Assembly: GCA_977017645.1 (NCBI GenBank)
Contig: OZ360243.1
Location: 6,634,001 to 6,698,000, forward strand
From: Torpedo marmorata
Taxonomy: Eukaryota
Direction: 5' to 3'
Length of the DNA stretch: 64,000 nt
The notes below the pieces were generated by a model that was not told the DNA's origin, did no database searches, and saw nothing but the letters and a program-made list of their open reading frames with translations. A program made the translations under genes and the position numbers. The stretch's first letter is position 1, and each line of letters opens with the position of its first letter. Below, piece after piece: positions 49,782 to 62,189 of the stretch.

Positions 49782-49902
49782 GGGTACACCAAGTCCTGGG
49801 GAAGTTAACTTTTTCAGTACCTGGCCCCAGTGTTTCCTCCAAAAGAATTCATCCTTCCTGCTGACCGTCCACAGTCCAAATGGTCAGTCATGGTCCATAA
49901 CA
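49036..49902 (-). repeat. 5' LTR
   Basis: TG...CA, adjacent PBS. Confidence 0.95.
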
Positions 49903-49945
49903 ATATCTTCATCAATCTTTATGTGCTATATTTTTATACAATGTA

Positions 49946-50707
49946 CCGTATATTTCGGCGTATAAGTCGACCCTTGAAACACTCAAATATGTCTGAAAAA
50001 ACGGGGGTCGACTTATACGCCGGATATACTTTTGAGACCTTAAAATCAGCTCAAAATCGAGTTCACGCCGATTCGGCGTATAAGTCGACCCCTGAAAAAA
50101 CGATTCGGCGTATAAATCGACCCCTGAAAACACGATTCGGCGTATAAGTCGACCCTGGAAGTGCCTCCCCACCGCCGGCGCCGCCTCTCCATGACACCTC
50201 CCCACCGCCGGGCGCCGCCATAAACCACCCAGACATTCTACAATTGTAGAGCCCGAGGTCACCGCTCCTACCCAAGAGAACGAGCTCCCCGCTCCTGCCC
50301 GGGAGAACGAGCTCCCCGCTCCTGCCCGGGAGAAAGACGTCGCCGCTCCTGCCCGGGAGAAAGACGTCGCCGCTCCTGCTCGGGAGAAAGACGTCGCCGC
50401 ACCTGCATCTTCCCGGCCAGAAGCAAAGGTTTTTTTTAACTGTTTTTTTTACTTACCTTACTTGGTTAATATACAGTTTTGTTACTTGGCGATTGGGATG
50501 TTGTAACAAATTTTGGGTTGTTGCTGGGAGGCCCAGACAGCCTGAAAATTGGGGGTCGACTTATACGCCAGTCAATGCGCAACATCTCAGGCATCACAAT
50601 TTTTGGGGGTCGACTTATACGCCGGATATACCATAAAACCATTAAAATGAGGCTGAAAAAGGGGGGTCAACTTATCTGCCGGTCGACTTATACGCCGAAA
50701 TATACGG
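49946..50707. mobile_element. Tc2-like MITE, second copy, inverted relative to 11908-12771
   Basis: Same perfect TIRs and TA flanks; shorter minisatellite. Confidence 0.9.
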
Positions 50708-51164
50708 TAAATTTTAAGTGCAATAGTGTGCGCCATGTTAATATAAAAAGTTTCAGAAATATTTGTGTTAAGACCAACTATTTTCAAGAACAGTTTCTTT
50801 CCGATTGCCAGGCTCTTGAACCTCCCATTATTACACTATTCATAGGTACCACCGTGCAAGAAAAAAAAAAGACATTTATTGTAATGTCATTTTTTTTTCT
50901 TGCACGGTGGTACCTAAATGTTTATCCATATATATTTGGCATTTATTTTCTCTTAAGTTAACGTCTACTAGGTCGTTTTTTTTATAGAAAGTACCTATTC
51001 AGCTGCAGCTGTTCGTTGTACAGTGTTTCTCACAAGCTGATTAACAGTATTTGCCCAAATCGATGGAATCTAGCAGCACCTATAGCTTGTGATCTGGAAA
51101 CTCTTGATCCATTCCAATGAGAATTCTAAATATGTCATCAATCTTTTAGCTATTTTTGGATGAT

Positions 51165-51520
51165 TAAAGATTGAAAGGTTCCTTTTATTGTCACGTAGTG
51201 ATACATACTTTAACTTTTGCCTGCCATAGTCAAACAGTGGTCATGAGCATTGCCCAAATCGATGGAATCTAGGAGAAAGAGAAGCAAAAGAGAGTTCTTT
51301 CAGAGACATTGAGGGTCCGTGGATTCGCTTCTGCAGCCTCTGCAGCCACACAGACTCCAGTTCAAACCATTGGTAACCTGAGCTCCAGATCCAAACCTCT
51401 GACACGATCAGGAAGCCTTCAGCACCTGAGGCCCTGTGGGAGCCCTTCTTCCCCTCAGCACCCTCTCAAATTCTGCTTCCAATACCTGGTTCCCATGAGC
51501 AAGTCTCCAGCAGCCCGCAG
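51165..51520 (-). mobile_element. Copy of the non-coding LINE-tailed repeat family
   Basis: Homologous to 42492-42840. Confidence 0.7.
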
Positions 51521-52273
51521 CTATCTAGATTGCTTATCTACAGCAGTATGACATTTTGATTTACCGGTACTTTCTTTTATTGGCAAACTTTTTTTCCCAA
51601 CATCTGATTCAATTGAGTTAAAGCCCACATTGTGGATCAACCTTCCTTTTACAATTGCTTCCCCTGGTGTTCTATTAGCATGTCTTCCAATTGGTTGGAA
51701 TGTTGGAAAACGTACTTTGTGATCTTTATGTTAATATAGTAGTCACAAATTACAGCAGCTGTTTATTCAGTATGGTGCCAAAACCTCAGGTAGATTAAAT
51801 AATCACCACAAAGTAAACATTTAAGTAGATGTTACCATTTTGAAAGTAGAGATCCTTGCAGGTGAAAAGGGGAATTTTGCCTGTTCTGTATGACAAATGT
51901 AGTGGGATTGTCCTTTTGCAGATGGCATACTCACTTCTGGTTTCATTACTTTATTTTGCTGTTTAGGTGTGTGGTGAATGTGCAGACAAGCAGAAAATGA
52001 ATTAATCACCTAAATATAATAATTGCCTTCAGCTTTCAACTGTAATTTTCCTGCAGTCTGTATCGTTAACCATTCATAAACCATGCAACACAAGGATTAT
52101 TTATCTATTATTCACTAACAATCTCTTGTTAGTGTAATTGAGTGCCAAAGAATATTTCTCAGAGTCGGAGGACGGTGGATGAAGACTTGAATATATGTGC
52201 CAGAATGGGGATGGATTGCAGAGCAATTTATTCAGTTTAATTGTGCTGTCACTGCTGGCTGACAAGAATTCAG

Positions 52274-53142
52274 TGTTGTAAGTGAGGAAACAGATTTGGT
52301 AGGTCTCAAAGACAAGGACTTTGGACACACAGTTTTGGCAGTAAAGGATTTTATTTACAGAAGGCAAACATGGGAAAATGGCAACAGGCAAAACACACGC
52401 ACAATTTACAGCAGCCGTGGGAAAAGTCGGATCGGCAATAAAACAATGCGGACTATTTATAGTGAGCGTGGGAAAAGTCGGAATGGCAATAAACCACGCG
52501 CACAGTTTATAGCGAGCGTGGGAAAATTCAGATCGGCAATAAAACACACACGGACTAATCACAAACGGACTAATAACAAATGTGGGAAAATCGCGTGGGA
52601 ACAAAGTACACACATAACGAACTGGGTACATACAATAATCAATGAAAAATCAATCCGATACCCACCACGCCCTTGACTCAGTGCAGGCACGGCTCTATGC
52701 TACTAGGGACACATTAAACGCTCCCAACCCTTTTAACTGCACATCTTACCAACAGTTTCTCCAGTGCCCTGCCACGGTTCTAGGCCTGGAGTGAAGCAGG
52801 GTGGTCCCAAGCTGGCAAAAAGGGCGAATTGAGCCCTTTATCGTGCTGGAGGTCTGGGGGGGGTCCAGCCCAGGTTGTTCACGGGGCCAATGGCTCGGTG
52901 CCAGCAAGGTTAATCCGATTACAACAGCCACTGGCCCAAGGCCAAGTACAGGCGGGCTGGAGAGTCCAGCCCAGGTAACTTGCAGGGGGCCCAAAGCCAA
53001 GTACAAAGGAATTTAAATTGGCCAACGGCAAGGTGTGCACTAATGGGTGGGGTGGGGCCAAACCTTGATTGGCAGGTGGTGTACCTTCTGAACAAGTAGT
53101 GGGCAGAGCTGTCATGTGACAGCCACGACCCTTCACAATACA
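52274..53142 (-). repeat. ERV 3' LTR
   Basis: TG...CA; internal ~55-60-bp repeats; similar to 57804-58634 with indels. Confidence 0.9.
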
Positions 53143-53265
53143 ATCCACCCCTCACCAATCATTATGAAGACAATCAATAACTATATATATATGTTATAAG
53201 TAAAAACAGAAAGACAAGTTTAAAAAAAAAACTATACTAATCAAACGGGTCAATATATACACAAG

Positions 53266-54127
53266 AAACTTCCTAAAACAGGAATTCATAAATCAAGATT
53301 AAATTGGGAAAAAGATTTGAATATAACAATAGATGAAGAACACTGGAAAAAATTATGTAAACAAAGTATGACGAAGATTATTAATGTTAGATATAGATTG
53401 GTGCAATATAATTTTTTTCATCAACTATATTTAACACCTAAAAGACTAAAGAAATTTAATCCGACATTATCTGGTTTATGTTTTAGATGTAATAAAGAGG
53501 AAGGTTCTTTTGTACATTCTACATGGTTTTGTCCAAAAGTTTATGATTTTTGGTTGAAAGTTAAAAACCTTTTAGATAAAGTATTAGGAACTACACTTCC
53601 AATGGATCCTATGATATTTTTGTTTGGAGATATTGAAGGAACCAGTGTTGGAGTGAAATTGAATATGTACCAGACGGAGTTTTTGCGTGTTGCGTTGGCC
53701 GTTTCTAAGAAATGTATTGCCACTACATGGAAGTCGGATGTAGATTTGGGGTTGGAAAGATGGCACGCAGAATTGCGTTCTTGCATACCACTCGAAAAAA
53801 TTACATATAATTTACGTGATAAGTATCATTTCTTTTTGGAAGTATGGAGCCCATATATAAAAATTGTGGGTTTAAGGATTTGAAGATCTCTGGTCATCGG
53901 GTCTGGCTGGCGAGCCTATCCTCCACAATAAGATCAGATTATAGTTGTTCTTTTTAGATTGACATTCTCCTTACTCTATCCTTTTCTTCTTCTTTCTTTC
54001 TTTTCGGGAGGGGAGGGTGGGGGGGAGGGGGGGTGAAAATGTATCACATGTAATTTGAGGAATTTGCGTTTTAAACTGTGTATTGTGTGATTTAAAAATT
54101 TTAAATAAAATATTTTTAAAAAAATAT
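53266..54127 (+). mobile_element. 5'-truncated L1 inserted into the ERV
   Basis: ORF 53317..53883 matches the L1 ORF2 C-terminus; TSD ATATATACACAAG (53253-53265, 54128-54140). Confidence 0.92.
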
Positions 54128-55073
54128 ATATATACACAAGTGCCTTCCGAATGCCTCACCAGCCCCCCCCCCCCCCGACCAAACAGGGTCGCTGTGTTAC
54201 CAATGGAGCAGGGTGCTGTGGGAGCTGCTCCCCAGTGTCGGAGGGGAGGGTAGAAAAGGAATTTGTTTGGTCACCGACTCGTATGCCTGGTTTCTCCGGC
54301 TTGGCTGGCAAATGTGAGCACCTTACAACCAATGTCTGCGAGCAGGCAGTACAAGGTCATCCATCAGGTGCCAGAGCCCCCTCTTGGCTTGCGCATCCTG
54401 CACCTTGGCCTCACGCTTGGGCGTTCCCGAAGCATAGATCCCAGATTCCTGTCACCGTGCTATCCTGTGGTGAGGCGGGGGGGCAGGCCTGCAGGTATAC
54501 ATCCAGGGTGTACCCGGGGTGCCCTTTTTTCTGCGCTGGCGTTTGACACCAGGATGCCGTTCCTGCTTGCGTTCTCTTTCAGCGGGTGCAACAAGTGCCT
54601 GTGCTGGACCCCTGCAACGATAGCCAGGAGGAGTCGGGACCGAAAGTCAGCCAATTTAGTGTTTTTAAATAAGAGCTCCCGAAGCCCCCACCCCATGAGG
54701 TGTTTTTCTGTTAATGGGAGTTCTGGGGTGATGCTGTCATTGTGAAACAAAATATATACAATGTTTCCTGATCAATGACGGTCCACTTACAAACTAACTT
54801 TGCATCCACAAACCGCAATTATGAATCTATAAATTGTAACTATACTGTAAATGTACAAATTGTAACTTCAATTTCCTGAGTGTGCTTAGAGACATTATAC
54901 AGAGTAAATAGCACAGCTCAGGGTGCCATTAAAAAAAAAAAGTCCATTACGAAGGCTTGATAAGCTAGAATGTCCAGTGATAATGTTTCCATAGCAACAG
55001 CTGTTCTCTTGCTGAGACTTTTTTGCATAAACTGTGTTGTTGGTCAGTAGTCACTGTTAAGGTGTTATCAAAA

Positions 55074-55900
55074 TCATAAGCGACCCTGAGGAAAGTGTTG
55101 GCCGATGTCAACAAATGGGTTGTTGCGAGCGGCAGCTCCATGCAGAGATTTTGTCCAGAAGCATAGCGGAACTCTGCGCCCTTGGATCTTCTGCCAGAGG
55201 TTCCATTCGGCGATCGCCTCACTGGCCGAGACCTGTAATTTAAAAGGAACACCTGCCTGGTGGGGAACGAGTGGCAGTGTTTGTTCAACAGCTTGCTTTG
55301 CTGTGTCAAAAGCAGCCTGTTGTTCTGGTCCCCATAAGAATGTGGCTTTCTTACAGGAGACCCTATAGGGTGGTTTAAAGAGCACAGTAAAGTGGGGTAT
55401 ATGCTGCCGCCAATAACCTATGAGGTCCACAAAACTCTGGGTGTCTGTTTTATTTGAGGGGATGGCAAAATTCAAAATTTTGATCTGGGCAGTCTCGGGA
55501 AAATCTCTTTGGCCTGAGTGCCATGGTATTCCGAGAAACAGGATATTCTGGCTAGGGCCCTGCACCTTATCAATATTAATGGTCAGCCCCGGTCCCGGAG
55601 GGAGGAGATTAGCATTTGAAGGACCTCTGAGACAATGGTCTCAGACGGACCTTGTAGGAGGATGTCATCGATATAATGAGCAATTGACACCTCTGAGGGG
55701 GAGTTGAATGCCTTGTAAGTCGCGGGAGATTAAACCATGGAATGTATATTGTCTCCCATCCCAAGTAAATGTAAATTGCTCTTGGGGGTCGGAATGGAGA
55801 GGGATTGACAAGGCATTGGCTAAATCCACCACTGGGGTGACTATGTCGGGAACGGCGGCAGCGAGAGGGGGGGCAGACTTGTTCAGGTGTCTGTACTGTC
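55074..55900 (-). pseudogene. pol: ERV pol remnant (RT and connection/RNase H start) with internal deletions
   Basis: LNKSAPPLAAAVPD, DLANA.SIPL..QEQFTFTWDGRQYTF, QGPSQNILFLGIPW, IGYWRQHIPH, FLWGPEQQAAF. Confidence 0.82.
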
Positions 55901-56118
55901 GGCCATAGACAACCTTGGGGGGAGGGTGGACAACGACTGGTTCCCCTTTGGCTGCCACAACTACAACTGGCCCAAGCAACCCCGAACGTGACTTTTCCCC
56001 TGTTGGTATAAAGGGACTGTCCCTTTAAAACATTGACATCAGCGGGTATATGTGGCGTCAGGACCCCCGGGCAGGAGAGGGCAATGGAACAAATGCACCG
56101 GGGGCCCTGGCCTTCATC

Positions 56119-57749
56119 CTATGGGAGGGGGGTTGGGGTCTGCCACCCCATGGGCGAAGGTTCCTGCTGGCACAGGTGGGACAGTTCCTGTCTCAGCAGG
56201 TCTCTGAGCTCAGCCTTGAGGGCAGGAGAGACTGTTTCGAGTGGAAGAGGGGCAGAGGCAGTGTCGGTGTCGGCTGGGTCAGCCCTGGGCTTGATCCCAG
56301 GGTGGTGGTGGGTTTTCCCCTGGCCAGATTTCCCCCCGCAAAGCTCTTTCCACAGCACGTAAATGGCAGAGGTCGGAATCCCATCTATGCTGGCGCGGTG
56401 CACCCCTGTGCACAGCAGATCCAAGTACAGCTGCCTGCGTGTAAAGCGGGGAGGGATTGTGTTTCCAGCCCTTGCCTCTGCCCTACGGACCTGGGTGGGT
56501 GCCCCCCGCTGCATATGTTCAAGTCCTTCCAGGAGGGTGATCGCATCCCGCACGGTCCTCCAGTTGGCCGGAGCCATGAGGGGTAGGACCACTGACTTTA
56601 AATCGGGGCGCGCGGTGGTGACCAGGTAGCCTGCTAGGGCACTGGTCACCTGGGTATTTTCTACAAAATTACGGCCACAGGCTCCCTGGTAGATGCCATT
56701 GACCAGCGCCCACTCTCTAACAACCTGGTTGCCCCATTGCGGGCGCCCGTGTAGATCCCACTCCAGGAGGGTGGGGTACCGGACCCTCACCGCGGTCACT
56801 ACCCGATCCCACAGGGTAGTGCCTTCCCGGATCTCTGGCTGTGGCGCCCGTAGGGCATTGTTGATTCTTTGTTGGTCAGAGAGGCTCCCCAGGGCACTCA
56901 ATTGTTGGTGAGAGAGGCTCAAGTTGGGAGCCCCCTCATCCCATAGTTGGAGCAGCCATGCGGCTAGGTGCTCGCCCGGCCGTTGCCGGTACCGATCCAT
57001 CAACTGGTTCAGCTCCTTGGGGGAGAAGCCCCTGGTCTCGGAGTGAGCACGGGCATGCCCCGCTGCGACCTCCTCATCTTCACCCCCCTACTCTCTGCGG
57101 TGGACCTGGGACCGTGTGGTGATGGGTCGAGCATGCAGGGGTTCGGGTGCATAGGGGGAAAGGCGGGTGTGGGACCCAGGCTCCTCAGGCACCCCCTCCT
57201 CGTCGCTGTTCAACCATATATCCCCATCCCCCAGCCATGCATCCACTTTGTCGCCGCGCTGGACCAGGGCTCAATTTTTAAACGGGTCCGGCTGCCAGCC
57301 AGACCGGCGGGCTGCCTGCGCCTGCTGCAGTTGTATCAGCTTGCATGCAACCTCAGTACCCCTGACCTCCAGATCGTTGGCTCGGGTCTGGACTGCCTCC
57401 TGCAACGTACAGCAGCGCTGCCGTAGCTCTTTAACTCCCTGTCCTTTTGGTGGCATAAATGCTGTATCTGGCCAGTAATCTTGACCTGACATCTCAGGAG
57501 GGACGCAAACAGCCAGAAGGCACCCCTTTGACTTCCCTTAGCCTTGGGGAACCCCGACGTCTTAAGGAGGGAGGCCACGTGGTGCCCCAGTTTCTCACCA
57601 CATGGGTCTAACTGCTCGGACCAGTCCACTGGTTTACCGTGATCCGCCAGCATGCTGGCCAAGCGCTCAAATCCCTCCCTCTCGTTGGTCCACCCCGGGA
57701 TCCTATCCTCGGTGCCTGCACTGGCTTTCTTGCCCCTGTTCCAGAACAT
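56119..57749 (-). pseudogene. gag: ERV-L-like gag, frameshifted
   Basis: ATG at 57749 (MFWNRGKK) just after the PBS; YRQRPGEHLAAWLLQLWDEGA resembles the ERV-L/Fv1-type capsid motif. Confidence 0.78.
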
Positions 57750-57803
57750 TTTCCCATGCCTGAGTTCAGCCAAGACCCTTGAGACCCTGTTCGCAGCGCC
57801 AAT

Positions 57804-58634
57804 TGTTGTAAGTGAGGAAACAGATTCAGTAGGTCTCAAAGACAAGGACTCTGGACACACAGTTTTGGTAATAAAGGATTTTATTTACAAAAGGCAAACA
57901 TGGGAAAATGGCAACAGGGGCAACACACGCACAATTTACAGCAGCCATGGGAAAAGTCGGATCGCCAATAAAACAACGCGGACAATTTATAGCGAGCGTG
58001 GGAAAAGTCGGATCGGCAATAAAACACGCGGACGATAACGAACGTGGGAAAATCACGTGGGAACAAAGTATACACACACACACATCGAACTGGGTACATA
58101 CAATAATCAAGGAAAAACCAATACGATACCCACCACCCCTTTGACTCAGTGCAGGCACGGCTCTATGCTACTCGGGACACTAGTTAAACGGTCCCAACCT
58201 TTTTAACAGTGCACATCTTACCAACAGTTTCTCCAGCGCCCTTCCACGGTTCTAGGCCTGGTGTGAAGCAGGGTGGTCCCAAGCTGGCAAAAAGGGCAAA
58301 TCGAGCACACGTGGTGCCCTTTATAGTGCGGGAAGTCTGGGGGGATCCAGCCCAGGTTGTTCACAGGGGGCCAATGGCTCGGTGCCAGCAAGGTTAATCC
58401 GATTACAATGGCCCAAGGCCAAGTACAGGCGGGCTGGAGAGTCCAGCCCAGGTAACTTGCAGGGGGCCCAAGGCCAAGTACAAAGGAATTTAAATTGGCC
58501 AACAGCAAGTTGTGCACTAATGGGTGGGGTGGGGTGGGGTGGGGTGGGGCCAAACCTTGATTGGCAGGTGGTGTGCCTTCCGAAAAAGTAGTGGGCAGAG
58601 CTGTCACGTGACAGCCATGACCCTTCACAATACA
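57804..58634 (-). repeat. ERV 5' LTR
   Basis: TG...CA, PBS 2 nt downstream on minus strand. Confidence 0.9.
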
Positions 58635-58635
58635 A

Positions 58636-58850
58636 TCTGGATCAGATGGTTTCCCTGCTGAACTCTGAAACTTACCAGTGGAAACTCCAATCACAAAAGA
58701 CTTCCTCACCCATGTCTGGAAAGAGGAGGACATACCAGGCGATCTCAGAAATGCTGTAATCATGACTACCTGCAATTGTGGAGACAAATCTGACAGTTAT
58801 TTCTGCTGCATGGGAAATCGTTGCCATGGACCTCAATCATATCCTCCTTG
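58636..58850 (+). mobile_element. Degraded RTE-like LINE fragment
   Basis: SGSDGFPAEL and VWKEEDIPGDLRNAVI. Confidence 0.55.
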
Positions 58851-58984
58851 TACTGTACCTTTAAAATGTGGAAAGGTGTCTTGTTTTCCAGAGTTCCCAT
58901 AATGAATCTGAATTGCTAGAGCAGAGAGCAGCTGATTTGGACTTGCTGATGGAGGACCATGACTTTAGGTGCTGAATAACAGGA

Positions 58985-59690
58985 TTTCGTCAGCGATCTT
59001 TCCTCGGTTCAACTATCTTTAACAGTTTCATCAATGACCTTCCTTCCATTATTAAGGTGGAAATGGGCACTATATTTCATATCCATTCCCAGCTCAGCAA
59101 ATGATGAAATGTGCCTACATGCAGAAATACTGGACAATATTCAGGCATGGGTTGATGTGGCAAGTAACATTCGTTGCCAGAAGTGATAATCACCATCAAA
59201 AGTGACTACTTACTCCTGACCTCAGTGGCTTTATGATTGCTGGGTTTCTTCACTGTCAGCATTCTACGTCATCATTGACCAGAAACATAACTGAACTCCA
59301 TAAAGCCATGGCAACAAGAGTATGCCAGACGCTGGGTTTCTTGCAACAAATAACTCTTCTCCTGACACTCTAAAGTCATTCCATCATCTGCAGGGCATAA
59401 AGTTAGAAGCACGACTTGATGTCTAAACCAGCATAGCTCCAAAACTGAAGTAGTTACCACTGCAGTTATTCAGCTAGAATACTCCTGAAGTCACTGCTGT
59501 TTTGTGTGGGCAGCAGGTGCAGGGTTACACTGCCATCTGCAGGATCTCCTCCAAATTGCACACCATCCTTCCTGGCTTGGGACATCAATTACATTTGTTC
59601 ATTGGATTTAAATCCAGGGGCTAACTATCTTAACAACAATGAGAGAGAATCTTATCCAAAAATAGTTTAAAAGAGTGGGAAGCCAATATA
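58985..59690 (+). mobile_element. Old CR1/L2-group LINE RT fragment (related remnants 36700-37800 and 60660-61090)
   Basis: FINDLPSII motif; heavily degraded. Confidence 0.5.
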
Positions 59691-59699
59691 AAAAAAATG

Positions 59700-59862
59700 C
59701 TGTAAAACACGAAAGTCTGCAGACCCCGTAAAAACACAATGTTCGGATGCCTGCCTACATTTTGCTCATACCTTGATGAAGGGCTCAAGCCCAAACGTTG
59801 GTTATGTATCTTTATCTTAGCTATATAAAGTACAGTGAATTTCTCCAGCATTGTGTTTTTAC
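59700..59862 (+). mobile_element. Penelope pLTR fragment with short inverted tail
   Basis: ttgatgaagggctcaagcccaaacg; gtaaaaacacaatg / cattgtgtttttac inverted pair. Confidence 0.75.
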
Positions 59863-59984
59863 TTTTTTTTTTAAAATGCCATTACCACTAATGAATATCC
59901 TTTTTAAAAATAAAAAAAAATCAATAACTAAAAAGGAGTCAGAACAGTTTGCAATTTTTCAAGGTAATTTCTCCAGCTGAATTA

Positions 59985-60203
59985 TTTTAATTTACAGATA
60001 TAGCCCATGAGCCTGTGCTTCCCAAATACACCCATGTGACCAATTAACCTACTAACCCTGTACGTCTTTGGAACATGGGAGGAAACCGGAGCACCCGAAG
60101 GAAACCCACGTGGACACGGGGAGAATATACAAACTCCTTACAGACAGCAACGGATTTGAACTTGAGTTGCCGGGACTGTAATAACATTGTGCTCACTGTG
60201 CCA
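59985..60203 (-). mobile_element. V-SINE (HE1-like); an older plus-strand copy follows at ~60375-60600
   Basis: gggaggaaaccggagcacccg V-domain. Confidence 0.85.
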
Positions 60204-62189
60204 GAATGATTTATCTCTTCAATATTCCAAAAGCTTAATATGAAGGAGCAACAAACCCATTTTCCACCTGCCCACGAGATGATTTCGGGTATTCTAGCAA
60301 CTCCTTTTGATTTGGGGGTTTCTTGTCAATTTAATGAGCTTCTTCGTCTTCTCGAGGATTGTACGAATTCTGTGTAGCAGCACAGTGCACGTGCCAGTAG
60401 AACTGCTACCTCATAGCTCCATTAACCCAGGTTTAATTGTGACTTGTGCTTGTATGGAATGTTCTCTGTTTCCTCAATGTGCTCCTGTTTCCTCCCATGT
60501 CCCAAAGACATGACATTTGGCAAGTTACCTGTCCATTTTAAATTGCTCGGTGCAGATGGAGGTAGAATCTGGGGGGAATTGATGGGAATGTGGGGAGAAT
60601 ATAATTATTCTGTGAGCTGGTGTGGATTTAAAGGCCTGAACGTTATATAATCATAAGTAAGAATTGCTGCTTCTGGCTCTGGTGAAAGGAACATCATTGA
60701 TGACACAGCAGAACCTGGTTGTATCTGGACACTGTCCTTACTCCTGCAGTGATGATGAGGCTGAGATAACTGACTTCCAACAACTACCACCATCTTCCTT
60801 ATATGTGAGGCTTTCCCGTGGTGATCACTGAATTCAGTTTTACCAGGACTTCTTGAAGCCATGACTTGTCAATGCTATTTTGATGTTAAAGGCACTTATT
60901 CTATCTCGCGTCAGGACCTGGGCTGTGATGAGGTTTAACACAAAGTGGGCCTGGTAAAACCCAGAGTGGGCATCGGTGAGCAGGTTGTTAGTGTATAAAT
61001 GCTGCTTGGTAACACTCATTGTTCACCACTTTGCAGATGATTGAAAGACTGGAGAAAGAAAGGGCTGATCAGATTTGTCCTGAACATGTGATCTGCATTG
61101 TTCTGGAGGAGGACACACGGACACACCCTTTATTATTCATTCCTTGCCATTGATTCTGTTCCAGAAATGAGAATCACTCTAATTCTGGCATTGAAAGTGC
61201 CAAGAAGATTTTTCTGAAACTCCAGAAATGGTTTGGTCACATTTAGAGGAAGATTCTTCTTAACTTCATTGTTTGCAATGGAATGCATGGCCTGATTGCA
61301 CTGGGGTATTGGTGCCCTATGAGATTGAGACAGGTAGTCAAGAAGTGATCATTGATTCCTGAAGGAAATGTGTTAAGTCGGTGTATGTCAAGGCCACTAC
61401 TGTGAAACCAAGATTTTTCTTGTTTTCTGTTTGTCCTTTCAAAAAGAGGCATGGTTCTTAATTTCTCCATAAACTACCATTCTCCCATATGTTAGGACAT
61501 GCTCAGGTCAGCAACATTGGTGCTAAATCTTGGAGTTTGAGGATAATCAGCGTAGTCCTCTGGCCACTGGAACTTGAAATGATTAACCGTTCAAGTCAAT
61601 CACAGTTGATTCTCCAACTGAAATATTATCTGTTTCTCATTCCACAGATGCTGCCTGACCTAAGTGTTTCCAGCATTTTTGGTTCTTGTTTCAGATCTAT
61701 AGCATTTGCAGTTTATTTGATTTTCACAATGTGCCAACGACTGGGGAGTTCTGTTAACTTTTGTATAGGATTGTGGATACCATTGATGAGGCAGCAATGT
61801 TTTTGAATGCAGGCTACTGTATATTAACTTTCACTGAAATGTACAGTTCCATAAATTATTTCATCCACTTTAGATAGTGTTGCAAAATTTGAAAGCTAAT
61901 AGACTATCTGCAGATGGTTTGATCATTCGTAGATCTGTGTTCTCTGCTCATTAATTAAATAGAATAAGGCCTGTCGAGCAAGTATTTTCTTCCATTCTTA
62001 GTGAACTAATTAAATTCTCATATTTCATCTATAGCCATGAACATTCTTCTTCTGTAGCTCTTCTTGTGACACTTCTTTCTCTTCATCCCAGAGATGAGGC
62101 AAAACATTCATAGAAATGTGAAAATTGTTTATTTTTAAATCAATTAAGCGTGCATATGGTTAAAGACTTCAGCATTTAGCAAGCTTAAT

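Larger units (their letters stand above)
43974..49902 (-). mobile_element. Gmr1-type Gypsy LTR retrotransposon lacking the RT core
   Basis: LTRs 43974-44836 and 49036-49902 (TG...CA), TSD ATAT, tRNA-Pro-like PBS TGGGGGCTCG, PPT GAGGGAGGGAAG; integrase upstream of RNase H. Confidence 0.95.
52274..58634 (-). mobile_element. Endogenous retrovirus, class III (ERV-L-like), defective
   Basis: LTRs 52274-53142 and 57804-58634; PBS TGGCGCTGCGAACAGGG (tRNA-Lys-like); PPT GAGGGGTGGAT; ERV-L-type gag and RT motifs. Confidence 0.85.
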
